From Burkholderiaceae bacterium (lineage in GTDB: Bacteria > Pseudomonadota > Gammaproteobacteria > Burkholderiales > Burkholderiaceae_E), in contig JAKFES010000042.1 in assembly GCA_036675585.1 (NCBI GenBank), forward strand, positions 14,635 through 78,634: a DNA stretch of 64,000 bases, in the 5' to 3' direction. Numbering within the stretch: position 1 is the first letter of the stretch; every line of letters begins with the position of its first letter. Below are positions 19,406 through 27,981 of this stretch, piece after piece. The notes under the pieces were generated by a model. The model was not told the origin of the DNA, searched no databases, and saw only the letters and a list, made by a program, of their open reading frames with translations. Made by a program: the position numbers and the translations under genes.

Positions 19406-20410
19406 ATGCCGGACCTGATCGTCGAGCGCCCGGAAGGCCTGTGGTGCGAAGCCGGGCGCTTCTTCATCGACCCGTGGAAGCCGGTCGAGCGCGCACTGGT
19501 CACGCACGCGCATTCCGACCATGCGCGACCCGGCCATGCGCGCTACCTGGCCGCGCGCGCGGGCGAGCACGTGTTGCGCGCGCGGCTCGGTCCGGTGGCG
19601 CTGCAGACGCTCGACTGGGGCGAACCGATCGACCTCGACGGGGTTCGCGCGTCGTTCCATCCGGCCGGCCACGTTCTGGGCGCCGCGCAGATCCGGCTCG
19701 AGCACGCCGGCGAGACCTGGGTGGTCTCGGGCGACTATCGCGTCGAAGCCGATCGCAGTTGCGCGCCGTTCGAGCCCGTTCGCTGTGACGTGTTCGTCAC
19801 CGAATCGACCTTCGCGCTGCCGATCTACCGATGGAAACCGCAGCGCGACGTGCTCGGCGCGCTGCTGCGATGGTGGGCCGAAAACGCCGAAGCAGCGCGC
19901 GCGAGCATCGTGTATTGCTACGCGCTCGGCAAGGCGCAGCGCATCCTCGCCGGGGTCGCCGATGCGGCCGGCGCGCAGTTGCCCGGCATCGTGGTGTGCC
20001 ACGGCGCGGTCGAGACGTTCAACGATGCGTATCGTGCAAGCGGCATTGCGCTTGCGCCGACGCTGCGGGCGGACGACGCCGACGCCGCATCGCTGCGGCG
20101 GGCGCTGGTGCTGGCTCCGCCTTCGGCCGCTCGTTCGCCGTGGCTTCGCCGCTTCGGCGCTTCGAGCAACGCGTTCGCGTCGGGCTGGATGCAGCTGCGC
20201 GGCGCACGGCGGCGCCGCTCGGTCGACCGCGGATTCGTTCTCTCGGACCACGCCGACTGGCCCGGATTGAACGAAGCGATCGACGCGACCGGCGCGGCGC
20301 GCGTCGTCGTCACGCACGGGTACGGCAGCGTGATGGTCCGCTGGCTGCGCGAACGAGGGCTGCAGGCGCAAACCTTCTCGACCGAGTTCGGCGCGCCGGA
20401 CGCCGAATGA
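19406..20410 (+). CDS. Ligase-associated DNA damage response exonuclease (MBL/beta-CASP fold)
   Basis: THAHSDH, AGHVLGAAQI, VSGDY, TESTF, YALGKAQR, LSDHADW. Start moved to ATG 19406. Confidence 0.9.
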   Translation: MPDLIVERPEGLWCEAGRFFIDPWKPVERALVTHAHSDHARPGHARYLAARAGEHVLRARLGPVALQTLDWGEPIDLDGVRASFHPAGHVLGAAQIRLEHAGETWVVSGDYRVEADRSCAPFEPVRCDVFVTESTFALPIYRWKPQRDVLGALLRWWAENAEAARASIVYCYALGKAQRILAGVADAAGAQLPGIVVCHGAVETFNDAYRASGIALAPTLRADDADAASLRRALVLAPPSAARSPWLRRFGASSNAFASGWMQLRGARRRRSVDRGFVLSDHADWPGLNEAIDATGAARVVVTHGYGSVMVRWLRERGLQAQTFSTEFGAPDAE

Positions 20411-22059
20411 AGCGCTTCGCCGCGCTGTACGCGCGAATCGATGCGACCACTTCGACGCTGCGCAAGGTCGATGCGATGGCGCGTTATTTCGCCGAAGCGC
20501 CCGCGGCCGACGCCGCGTGGGCCGCCTACTTCCTGGCCGGCGGACGCCCGCGGCGGCTCCTCCCCGCGCGCACGCTGGTCGACGCCGCGCGCCGCGCCGC
20601 CGGCATACCCGAGTGGCTGTTCGAGGAGAGCTATCACGCGGTCGGCGACCTCGCCGAGACGGTCGCACTGCTGTTGCCCGAACCGCAGGCCGCGGACCCC
20701 GCCGGACTCGCCGAATGGATGACCGCGCGCGTGCTGCCGCTGCGCGGCGCCGAGCCCGCCCGGATCGAGGCCGCGCTCGCCGAAGCCTGGCGCACGCTCG
20801 AAGCCGGCGAGCGCTTCGTGCTCAACAAACTGCTCACCGGGGAATTCCGCGTCGGCGTCTCGCGCCAGCTCGTGCTGCGCGCGCTCGCGCGCAGCTTCGG
20901 CGTCGACGAGAAAGATCTGGCGCACCGGTTCGTCGGCTACACCGACGGAACGCACGAGCCCGATGCGCGTGCGTTCCGCGCGCTCGTCGACCCCGGCGAA
21001 GCGGCGGGCAGCGGATCGCCCGGCCACCCGTATCCGTTCTTTCTCGCCCATCCGCTGCAGCAGCCGCCGGAGGCGCTCGGCGAGGTCTCCGACTGGATCG
21101 TCGAATGGAAATTCGACGGAATCCGCGCGCAGCTCGTTCGGCGCGAGGGCACGACGTGGCTCTGGTCGCGCGGCGAGGAGCTCGTCACCGAGCGCTTCCC
21201 CGAGGTGGTCGACGCGGCGCGCGCGCTGCCCGACGGCACGGTGATCGACGGCGAGTTGCTGGCGTGGAATGCGAGCGCGCAGCGGCCGCTGCCGTTCGCG
21301 ACGATGCAGCGGCGCATCGGCCGGCTCCGGCTCACGCCGAAGCTGCTCGGCGAAGCGCCGGTCGCGATGCTGGCGTTCGACCTGATCGAGGACGCGGGCG
21401 AGGACATCCGTCGGCTCGCCCTCGCGCACCGCCGCTCGCGCCTCGAGGCGATCGTCGCGCATGCGCCGGGCCTGCAGCTCTCGCCCCGGCTCGCGTCGGC
21501 GGACTGGGCGACGCTCGAGCAGTTGCGCGAGGACTCGCGCGAGCGCGGCGTCGAGGGCATGATGATCAAGCGCGCCGCGTCGGCATACGGAGTCGGGCGC
21601 ACGCGATCGGTCGCCGTCGGCGACTGGTGGAAATGGAAGATCGACCCGCTGTCGGTCGACTGCGTGCTCGTCTACGCGCAGCCCGGGCACGGTCGGCGCG
21701 CGAGCCTGTACACCGACTACACCTTTGCGGTGTGGAGCGGCCCGCCCGAGGACCCGGCGCGAACGCTCGTTCCGTTCGCCAAGGCGTATTCCGGGTTGAC
21801 CGACGCCGAGATCCGCGCGGTCGATGCCGAGATCCGGCGCACGACCATCGAGCGTTTCGGCCCGGTGCGCCGGCTCGCGCCGACGATGGTCTTCGAGCTC
21901 GGCTTCGAAGGCATCCAGCGATCGACGCGGCACAAATCGGGAATCGCGGTGCGTTTCCCGCGCATGCTGCGCGCACGCTTCGACAAGCCGGTCGGGGACG
22001 CCGACACGCTGGCAGCGCTCGAGTCGATGCTCGAGCGCTGCGCCGACACCGATCGCTGA
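20407..22059 (+). CDS. ATP-dependent DNA ligase
   Basis: EWKFDGIRAQ (KxDG adenylation motif), EGMMIKR, WWKWK, GIAVRFPR; ATGA overlap with the exonuclease. Confidence 0.93.
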   Translation: MKRFAALYARIDATTSTLRKVDAMARYFAEAPAADAAWAAYFLAGGRPRRLLPARTLVDAARRAAGIPEWLFEESYHAVGDLAETVALLLPEPQAADPAGLAEWMTARVLPLRGAEPARIEAALAEAWRTLEAGERFVLNKLLTGEFRVGVSRQLVLRALARSFGVDEKDLAHRFVGYTDGTHEPDARAFRALVDPGEAAGSGSPGHPYPFFLAHPLQQPPEALGEVSDWIVEWKFDGIRAQLVRREGTTWLWSRGEELVTERFPEVVDAARALPDGTVIDGELLAWNASAQRPLPFATMQRRIGRLRLTPKLLGEAPVAMLAFDLIEDAGEDIRRLALAHRRSRLEAIVAHAPGLQLSPRLASADWATLEQLREDSRERGVEGMMIKRAASAYGVGRTRSVAVGDWWKWKIDPLSVDCVLVYAQPGHGRRASLYTDYTFAVWSGPPEDPARTLVPFAKAYSGLTDAEIRAVDAEIRRTTIERFGPVRRLAPTMVFELGFEGIQRSTRHKSGIAVRFPRMLRARFDKPVGDADTLAALESMLERCADTDR

Positions 22060-22077
22060 ATCGGCGAAAGACGTCGA

Positions 22078-23004
22078 TCAACGCGGTCCGCGGCCACCGT
22101 ATCCGGAACCGCCCGCGCTCAGCTGCTCGCGCTGTTCCGGCGTGAGAATCTTGTCGACCCGATCGGCCGCATCGAGCACGCTCTCGAGTTGTTTCTGGTG
22201 CAGCTCGCTCATCCGTTTCGACGCGGCGAGGATCGCCGCGCGATCGCGCGACCCCGATTCGCCCCACCACGCGTCGCGCAGCGTGTCCATCTCCTCGTGC
22301 ATCTGCTCCAGCGTCGCCCAGTGCGCACGACGCTGCTCGTCGTGCAGCGCGGCGAGCTGCTTGCGCTGGTCATCGCTCAGGTCGAGCGACCAGAGCGCCG
22401 GGCCGCGGCCGAAGCCCATCCCCCCCGGGCCCATTCCGTGCCAGGGACCGGCGCCGCCCATCATCCCGGGACCCATGCCGTATCCGGGACCCATCATTCC
22501 GGGACCCATTCCGTATCCGGGACCCATCATTCCGGGACCCATTCCGTACCCGGGTCCCATCCCGTAACCGGGGCCCATCATTCCCGGGCCCATTCCGTAC
22601 CCGGGTCCATATGGGCCCATTCCGGGGCCCATCCCGTATCCGGGGCCCGTTCCGTATCCGGGGCCTGCTCCATACCCCGGGCCCATCATCCCGGGACCTG
22701 CTCCGTACCCCGGCCCCATCATTCCCGGCCCCATTCCGTACCCCGGGCCGTATGCCCCCATGCCCGGGCCCCGGCCGTCCCGGTAATGCCGGCCACGCAT
22801 CGCGCCGGGACCGGGCCGGTCCGCCGCAGAGGAATCGGTGCCGGCTTGCGGCGCCGGCGCCGATGCGGCGGGCGGCGCGACAGGGGCCGTCTGCACGCCC
22901 GGCGCCGGCTTCGGCATCGGGGCTTGCTGCTGCGTTTGCGCGCCCGCAGTGCCGGCGGCCAGCGCGAGTACGGGAAGGGCGAGGCACGAAGGGAAACGTT
23001 TCAC
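22078..23004 (-). CDS. Spy/CpxP-like periplasmic protein with long Gly-Pro-Gly repeat linker
   Basis: AGGAGG SD plus GTG at 23004; signal peptide; GPG(YGM/MM) repeats; C-terminal LDLSDDQRKQL...ILTPEQREQL (LTxxQ motif). Confidence 0.8.
   Translation of the reverse strand: MKRFPSCLALPVLALAAGTAGAQTQQQAPMPKPAPGVQTAPVAPPAASAPAPQAGTDSSAADRPGPGAMRGRHYRDGRGPGMGAYGPGYGMGPGMMGPGYGAGPGMMGPGYGAGPGYGTGPGYGMGPGMGPYGPGYGMGPGMMGPGYGMGPGYGMGPGMMGPGYGMGPGMMGPGYGMGPGMMGGAGPWHGMGPGGMGFGRGPALWSLDLSDDQRKQLAALHDEQRRAHWATLEQMHEEMDTLRDAWWGESGSRDRAAILAASKRMSELHQKQLESVLDAADRVDKILTPEQREQLSAGGSGYGGRGPR
22420..22775 (-). repeat. Coding tandem repeat encoding ~19 GPGYGM/GPGMM units
   Basis: Recurring cccgggacccattccgta-like units on the + strand; translated in ORF 22078..23067. 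Confidence 0.9.
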
Positions 23005-23070
23005 GGCGAACCTCCTGTAGGGTTGGACGGCGCGGGCCGCTGCCCGGCCCGCCGGCCTCCGTTGCACCCG

Positions 23071-23085
23071 TGCAAAGGATGCGCC
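23071..23085 (-). promoter_or_regulatory. Candidate sigma-54 (-24/-12) promoter
   Basis: Minus strand GGCGC-ATCCT-TTGCA, ~70 bp upstream of the Spy-like gene; overlaps palindrome TTGCAC-CC-GTGCAA at 23062-23075. Confidence 0.35.
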
Positions 23086-23148
23086 GGCCCGATCGATCGC
23101 GACAAGCTATCCTCGTAGTCTTCGCATCGATCGTCCTGCAGGCCCCGT

Positions 23149-24111
23149 TTGCCGTCCTACCCCTCCAGGCTGCTCGTCCGCAGCCAGCGCCTGTTCGTCG
23201 CCCTGATGAAAGTGATGTTGCCGGTGATGATCGCCGTGCAACTCGCGCAGCACTGGGGCTGGATCGATGCCGTGGGCCACACGATCGCGCCGGCGATGGC
23301 CTGGCTGGCGCTGCCGCCCGAAGCCGGGCTCGTCTGGATCACGGGCGTGTTCGTCGGCGTATACGGTGCGATCGCCGCGATGATCGGACTGGCCGCGGAC
23401 CTCGAACTGAACGCCGGCCAGATGAGCGCGCTGTGCGCGATGATCCTGTTCGCGCACGCGCTGCCGGTCGAGCAGGCGATCGTTCGCCGTGCCGGCGCGA
23501 GCTTCTGGGCGACGGGCCTGCTGCGCATCGTCGTCGCGATCGTCTACGGCGGCGCGGTCGCGTGGCTGTGCCGGTGGAGCGGCGCGTTGCAGGAGCCGGT
23601 CTCGCTGGCCTGGATGCAATCGACCGACGCCGCCGGGGGTGCATCGGGCGGCTTGTGGGCGTGGGCGCAGACGATGGCGCTTTCGCTCGTCGCCACCTTC
23701 GCGATCCTCGTCGCGCTGCTCGTCCTGCTCGACGTCCTCGAGCGCAGCGGCATCACGCGGCGGATCACCGCGCTGCTCACGCCGCTGCTGCGCTTCTCGG
23801 GCCTGGATGCGCGCGCCGCGCCGGTGACGACGGTGGGCGTGCTGCTCGGCCTGACCTACGGCGGCGCGCTGATCATCGAGGAGTCGGACAAGCAGCAGTT
23901 CCCGGCGCGCACGCGCTTTCTCGCCCTCTCGTGGCTGTGCCTGTCGCACGCGCTGATCGAGGACACGCTGCTGCTGCTCGCGCTCGGCGCGAGCCTGTGG
24001 ATCGTGCTCGTCGGCCGCGTCGCGGTCACCCTCGTGCTCATCGCGGTGCTCGCGCGGCTGCTCGACGGCGGCGAGCCTCGGGTCGCCGCGGTCGGCGCGC
24101 GCGCCGGCTGA
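23149..24111 (+). CDS. Nucleoside-recognition (Gate) domain membrane protein
   Basis: Multi-TM; LFAHALPVEQAI, GLTYGGALII, LSHALIEDTLL. Start uncertain (TTG 23149). Confidence 0.75.
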   Translation: MPSYPSRLLVRSQRLFVALMKVMLPVMIAVQLAQHWGWIDAVGHTIAPAMAWLALPPEAGLVWITGVFVGVYGAIAAMIGLAADLELNAGQMSALCAMILFAHALPVEQAIVRRAGASFWATGLLRIVVAIVYGGAVAWLCRWSGALQEPVSLAWMQSTDAAGGASGGLWAWAQTMALSLVATFAILVALLVLLDVLERSGITRRITALLTPLLRFSGLDARAAPVTTVGVLLGLTYGGALIIEESDKQQFPARTRFLALSWLCLSHALIEDTLLLLALGASLWIVLVGRVAVTLVLIAVLARLLDGGEPRVAAVGARAG

Positions 24112-24116
24112 GCGCA

Positions 24117-25256
24117 ATGCACGAGGTCGATTTTCTCGTCGTCGGCGGCGGAATCGCCGGTGCGTGCGCGGCGTTCGGACTGGCCGCGCAGGGGCGCGTC
24201 GTCGTCCTCGAGCGCGAATCGCAGCCCGGTCACCACACGACGGGCCGGTCCGCCGCGGTGTTCTCGGAGGCCTACGGCAACGACGCGATCCGTGCGCTGA
24301 CGCTGGCGAGCCGGCCATTCTTCGCGCAGCCGCCCGCGGGCTTCAGCGATTCTCCGCTGTGGTCGCGGCGCGCGTCGGTCTACGTCGCGCGCACCGATCA
24401 GCTCGCGCGGCTCGACGCGTGGTACGAGCAGGCACGCACGATCGTTCCCGGCATACGTCGCCTCGATGCGGTCGAGACGGCGCGCCTCGCGCCGATGCTG
24501 CGCGACGACTACGCGGCCGGTTCGGCGTGCGAGCCCGGAGCCGCCGATCTCGACGTTCACGCGCTGCACCACGGCATGCTGCGTGCGGCGCGCCGAAACG
24601 GCGCAACGCTCGTGTGCGACGCGCAGGTCCTCGGCGTCGAGCGCGAAGGCGGATGCTGGCGCGTGCGGACCGCGCGCGATACGTACTCGGCACGCGTGCT
24701 GGTCGACGCGGCGGGCGCATGGGGCGACGAGATCGCGACGATGTCGGGTGCGCAACCCGTCGGCCTGCAGCCCATGCGGCGCACCGCGATCCTTTTCGCC
24801 GCGCCGGCCGACATCGACGTACGCGACGCGCCGATCGTCATCGACATCGACGAGCAGTTCTACTTCAAGCCCGATGCCGGCAAGCTGCTCGGCTCGCCGG
24901 CCGACGAGACGCCGTGCGCGCCCTGCGACGCGCAGCCCGAGGAAATCGACGTCGCGACCGCGGCTGCGCGAATCGAGGCGGCGACGCGATTCCCGATCTC
25001 CCGCATCGAACGCAAATGGGCCGGGCTGCGCAGTTTCGTGGCCGACCGCACGCCGGTGATCGGCTTCGACGACGAGGTCGACGATTTCTTCTGGCTGGTC
25101 GGCCAGGGCGGCTATGGCATCCAGACCGCACCGGCGGTGAGCGCGCTGGTCGGCGCGCTGGCGGCAGGGCGCGGCATCCCTGCGGATCTGGCCGCGCTCG
25201 GGGTGAACGAGGCCACGTTCTCACCGCATCGATTGCGGCCGCCTGCTACGCGTTGA
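24117..25256 (+). CDS. FAD-dependent oxidoreductase, D-amino acid (D-arginine dehydrogenase-like) family
   Basis: VVGGGIAGA, ESQPGHHTTGRSAA, VDAAGAWGD, WAGLRSFVADRTPVIG, GQGGYGIQTAP. Confidence 0.88.
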   Translation: MHEVDFLVVGGGIAGACAAFGLAAQGRVVVLERESQPGHHTTGRSAAVFSEAYGNDAIRALTLASRPFFAQPPAGFSDSPLWSRRASVYVARTDQLARLDAWYEQARTIVPGIRRLDAVETARLAPMLRDDYAAGSACEPGAADLDVHALHHGMLRAARRNGATLVCDAQVLGVEREGGCWRVRTARDTYSARVLVDAAGAWGDEIATMSGAQPVGLQPMRRTAILFAAPADIDVRDAPIVIDIDEQFYFKPDAGKLLGSPADETPCAPCDAQPEEIDVATAAARIEAATRFPISRIERKWAGLRSFVADRTPVIGFDDEVDDFFWLVGQGGYGIQTAPAVSALVGALAAGRGIPADLAALGVNEATFSPHRLRPPATR

Positions 25257-25286
25257 GCATCGGCCGCGGCCGACGCGGACCGAACA

Positions 25287-25312
25287 GAACGGGCGCCCGA
25301 AAGCGCCCGTTC
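25287..25312. terminator. Stem-loop between convergent genes
   Basis: GAACGGGCGC-CCGAAA-GCGCCCGTTC, 10-bp stem; U-tract weak. Confidence 0.55.
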
Positions 25313-25335
25313 CTTCCGTACTCGCGAAGCGAAGT

Positions 25336-25558
25336 TCAGTGCATCGAACGACGACGGCGCTGCGCGATCGCGACGCCGAGCAGGCCGAGCGCGAGCATCG
25401 CGGGAACCGCCGGCTCGGGGACGGTGGCCGCCGCCACCGGGAAAGCGGTCCAGTCGAAGTACCCGTCTTGCTCGGGACCGAAGGCAGTGCGGATTTCGAC
25501 GTACTCGCACCGGGCGCGAGCCGAGGAGAAGCGAGTGCCGTGCCAGGTATGGACGCAT
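25336..25558 (-). pseudogene. PEP-CTERM sorting-domain gene remnant
   Basis: C-terminus ...FDWTAFPVAAATVPEPAVPAMLALGLLGVAIAQRRRR* (VPEP at 25411-25422). The nearest plausible ATG (25558, MRPYLARHSLLLG) is out of frame (223 nt to the end of the stop). Confidence 0.55.
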
Positions 25559-25634
25559 GCGGTTTTGCACGACGCGCGGCGTCGAAACGCCGGCGTCGCG
25601 TGGCGCGAATGTAAGAAATATTGACACCGCTCCT

Positions 25635-26054
25635 TCACGCGGCCGCCGAAAGCGCACGCCGCAGACCGGTTACCTGCAGCTCGGCGAACACGCCGACCGC
25701 GATCGCCTGCGCGAGGACGAAGACGATGCCGAGATTCGTCGGTGCGAACCAGCCGCTCGCCAGCAGCAGGATGCTGTCGACGGTCCACATCGCGTTGTAG
25801 GCGACGACGGCCCAGACGGCACCCCGCTGCGGCGGGGCACGCGTGCCGAGCCACGCGACGAAGGCCGCGAAGGGCAGCAGGCTCGCGCCCGCGTAGAACA
25901 GCAGGCTTTCGGGCAAGCCGAGACGCGGTGCGAGCGCAGCGGCGGCGAACACCAGCAGCAGACCGGCCGCGCCGCTGAGCACGGCATCGCCGAGCAGTGC
26001 GTACTTCAGCAGCTGCGGGGTACGAAGATCGGAACGGAGCGAAGACGACGACAT
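25635..26054 (-). CDS. Conserved four-TM hypothetical membrane protein
   Basis: GGAGG SD; ALLGDAVLSGAAGLLL...VVAYNAMWTVDSILLL...QAIAVGVFAELQ; divergent from the XRE regulator. Confidence 0.75.
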   Translation of the reverse strand: MSSSSLRSDLRTPQLLKYALLGDAVLSGAAGLLLVFAAAALAPRLGLPESLLFYAGASLLPFAAFVAWLGTRAPPQRGAVWAVVAYNAMWTVDSILLLASGWFAPTNLGIVFVLAQAIAVGVFAELQVTGLRRALSAAA

Positions 26055-26147
26055 GGGAACCTCCTGTGTGTGCATCGGCGCAGCGCGCGTTCGAATGCGA
26101 ATCGCGCGTCCACGGCGACACTTTCGGCACGGCAGCGCATGAAGTCG

Positions 26148-26164
26148 ATTACCTCGCAGGTAAT
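26148..26164. promoter_or_regulatory. Palindromic operator candidate
   Basis: ATTACCT-CGC-AGGTAAT, a perfect 7-bp AT-rich inverted repeat in the divergent region upstream of the XRE regulator. Confidence 0.6.
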
Positions 26165-26198
26165 GGGGCTCGGCAGCGCTTCGCGCTATCGTCGTGCG

Positions 26199-27071
26199 AT
26201 GCAGATCGACCGTTTCCCCGCCCCGTCTCGCACCGAACACGCGCAGCGGCAACCCCATCGGCAACCGGTCGGCGCGCTGTTGCGCGAATGGCGACAGCGC
26301 CGCCGGATGAGCCAACTCGAACTCGCCTGCGAGGCAGAGATCTCGACGCGTCACCTGAGCTTCGTCGAGACCGGCCGCTCGACGCCGAGCCGCGAGATGC
26401 TGCTGGAACTCGCCGAACGACTCGATGTTCCGCTGCGCGAGCGCAACCGGCTGCTGACCGCGGCCGGCTACGCGCCGGTCTACGCGCATCGTCCGCTGGC
26501 CGACCCCGCGCTGCGCCCGGCACGCGAAGCGATCGAGCTCGTGCTCGCCGGACACGAGCCGTATCCGGCGCTCGCCGTCGACCGCCACTGGTCGATGGTC
26601 CACGCGAATGCGGCGGTGGCGCCGCTGCTCGACGGCGTCGACGCTTCGCTGCTCGTCGCACCGGTGAACGTGCTCCGGCTGAGCCTGCATCCGCGGGGGC
26701 TCGCGCCGCGCATCGCGAACCTGCGCGAGTGGCGCGCGCATCTGCTGCTGCGACTGCAGCGCGACATCGATGCGAGCGCCGACGCGGCGCTCGGCCAACT
26801 GCTCGACGAACTGCGCGCGTATCCTGTGGAGATCGACGAGGTTCCGGAAGCGGTGCGCCGGGCGCGCGCCGGTCACGACGCGTCGTCGCAGTGGCCGCCG
26901 GGCAGCGCGATCGTCCCGTTGCGGATCGCGGTCGGCGACACGGTGCTCGACTTCTTCAGCACGACGACCGTGTTCGGGACGCCGCTCGACGTAACCTTGT
27001 CGGAGCTCGCGATCGAATCGTTCTTTCCCGCGAACGCCGAAACCGCCGAACGGATGCGCGGCGTTCGCTGA
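26199..27071 (+). CDS. XRE-family HTH regulator with MmyB-like ligand-binding domain
   Basis: LREWRQRRRMSQLELA...ISTRHLSFVETGRSTPS, HEPYPALAVDRHW, FSTTTVFGTPLDVTLSELAIESFFP. Confidence 0.9.
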   Translation: MQIDRFPAPSRTEHAQRQPHRQPVGALLREWRQRRRMSQLELACEAEISTRHLSFVETGRSTPSREMLLELAERLDVPLRERNRLLTAAGYAPVYAHRPLADPALRPAREAIELVLAGHEPYPALAVDRHWSMVHANAAVAPLLDGVDASLLVAPVNVLRLSLHPRGLAPRIANLREWRAHLLLRLQRDIDASADAALGQLLDELRAYPVEIDEVPEAVRRARAGHDASSQWPPGSAIVPLRIAVGDTVLDFFSTTTVFGTPLDVTLSELAIESFFPANAETAERMRGVR

Positions 27072-27094
27072 ACCGCAACGCACGGAGCCACGCG

Positions 27095-27913
27095 ATGACG
27101 CCGCCCCGATCGCCGCCGCAGCGCATGCCGACGATGTTCATCCCGCACGGCGCCGGTCCCTGTTTCTTCATGGAATGGAATCCACCCGACGCGTGGACGA
27201 AAACGGCCGATTTCCTGCGCGACATTCCGAGAACGCTCCCTGCGCCGCCGCGCGCAATCCTCGTCGTCTCGGGACACTGGGCGCGACCGGCGTTCACCGT
27301 CGCCTCGACCCCGCACCCGACGCTGATCTACGACTACCACGGTTTTCCGCCGCATACGTATTCGCTGCAGTACGACGCACCCGGCAGTCCCGCGCTCGCG
27401 GCGCGCGTGCGCGAGTGCCTCGATGCGGCCGGCATCGCGAACGCGGCCGACGAGGAGCGAGGCTTCGACCACGGCGTCTTCGTTCCGCTGAAGCTGATGT
27501 TCCCCGACGCATCGATTCCGGTGGTCGCGCTCTCGCTGCGCAACGACCTCGATGCGCGGGCGCATCTCGATGCCGGACGCGCACTCGCGCCGCTGCGCGA
27601 CGAAGGCGTGCTCATCGTCGGCAGCGGGATGAGCTTTCACAACATGCGCGGCTACGGCGATCCCCGCTTCGGGCCCGTTTCCGACGAATTCGACGCGTGG
27701 CTTGCCGCCGCGATCGAGGACCCGGAACGGCGCGAGTCGGCGCTCGCCGAGTGGTCGCGGGCACCGGCCGCGCGCCTGTCGCATCCGGCAGGCGCCGAGG
27801 AACACCTGCTGCCGCTGTTCGTCGCGGCCGGAGCTGCACCGGGCGCGACCGGGCGCAAGGTGTTCTCCGACCGCGTGCTCGAGACGACGATCTCGGCGTT
27901 TCGCTTCGATTGA
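27095..27913 (+). CDS. DODA-type (LigB/YgiD) extradiol ring-cleavage dioxygenase
   Basis: FIPHGAGP, VVSGHW, RGFDHGVFVPLKLMFPDA, GSGMSFHN, EEHLLPL. Confidence 0.9.
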   Translation: MTPPRSPPQRMPTMFIPHGAGPCFFMEWNPPDAWTKTADFLRDIPRTLPAPPRAILVVSGHWARPAFTVASTPHPTLIYDYHGFPPHTYSLQYDAPGSPALAARVRECLDAAGIANAADEERGFDHGVFVPLKLMFPDASIPVVALSLRNDLDARAHLDAGRALAPLRDEGVLIVGSGMSFHNMRGYGDPRFGPVSDEFDAWLAAAIEDPERRESALAEWSRAPAARLSHPAGAEEHLLPLFVAAGAAPGATGRKVFSDRVLETTISAFRFD

Positions 27914-27981
27914 TCGGGCTCAACGCTTCGCACGCGAAAGACATGCCCAATGGCGGCGTCATTCGAGAGAGAGGGTGCGTC

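Noticed and set aside
22420-22775. Repeat array as a possible CRISPR
   Set aside because: In-frame coding repeats with no unique spacers and no cas genes.
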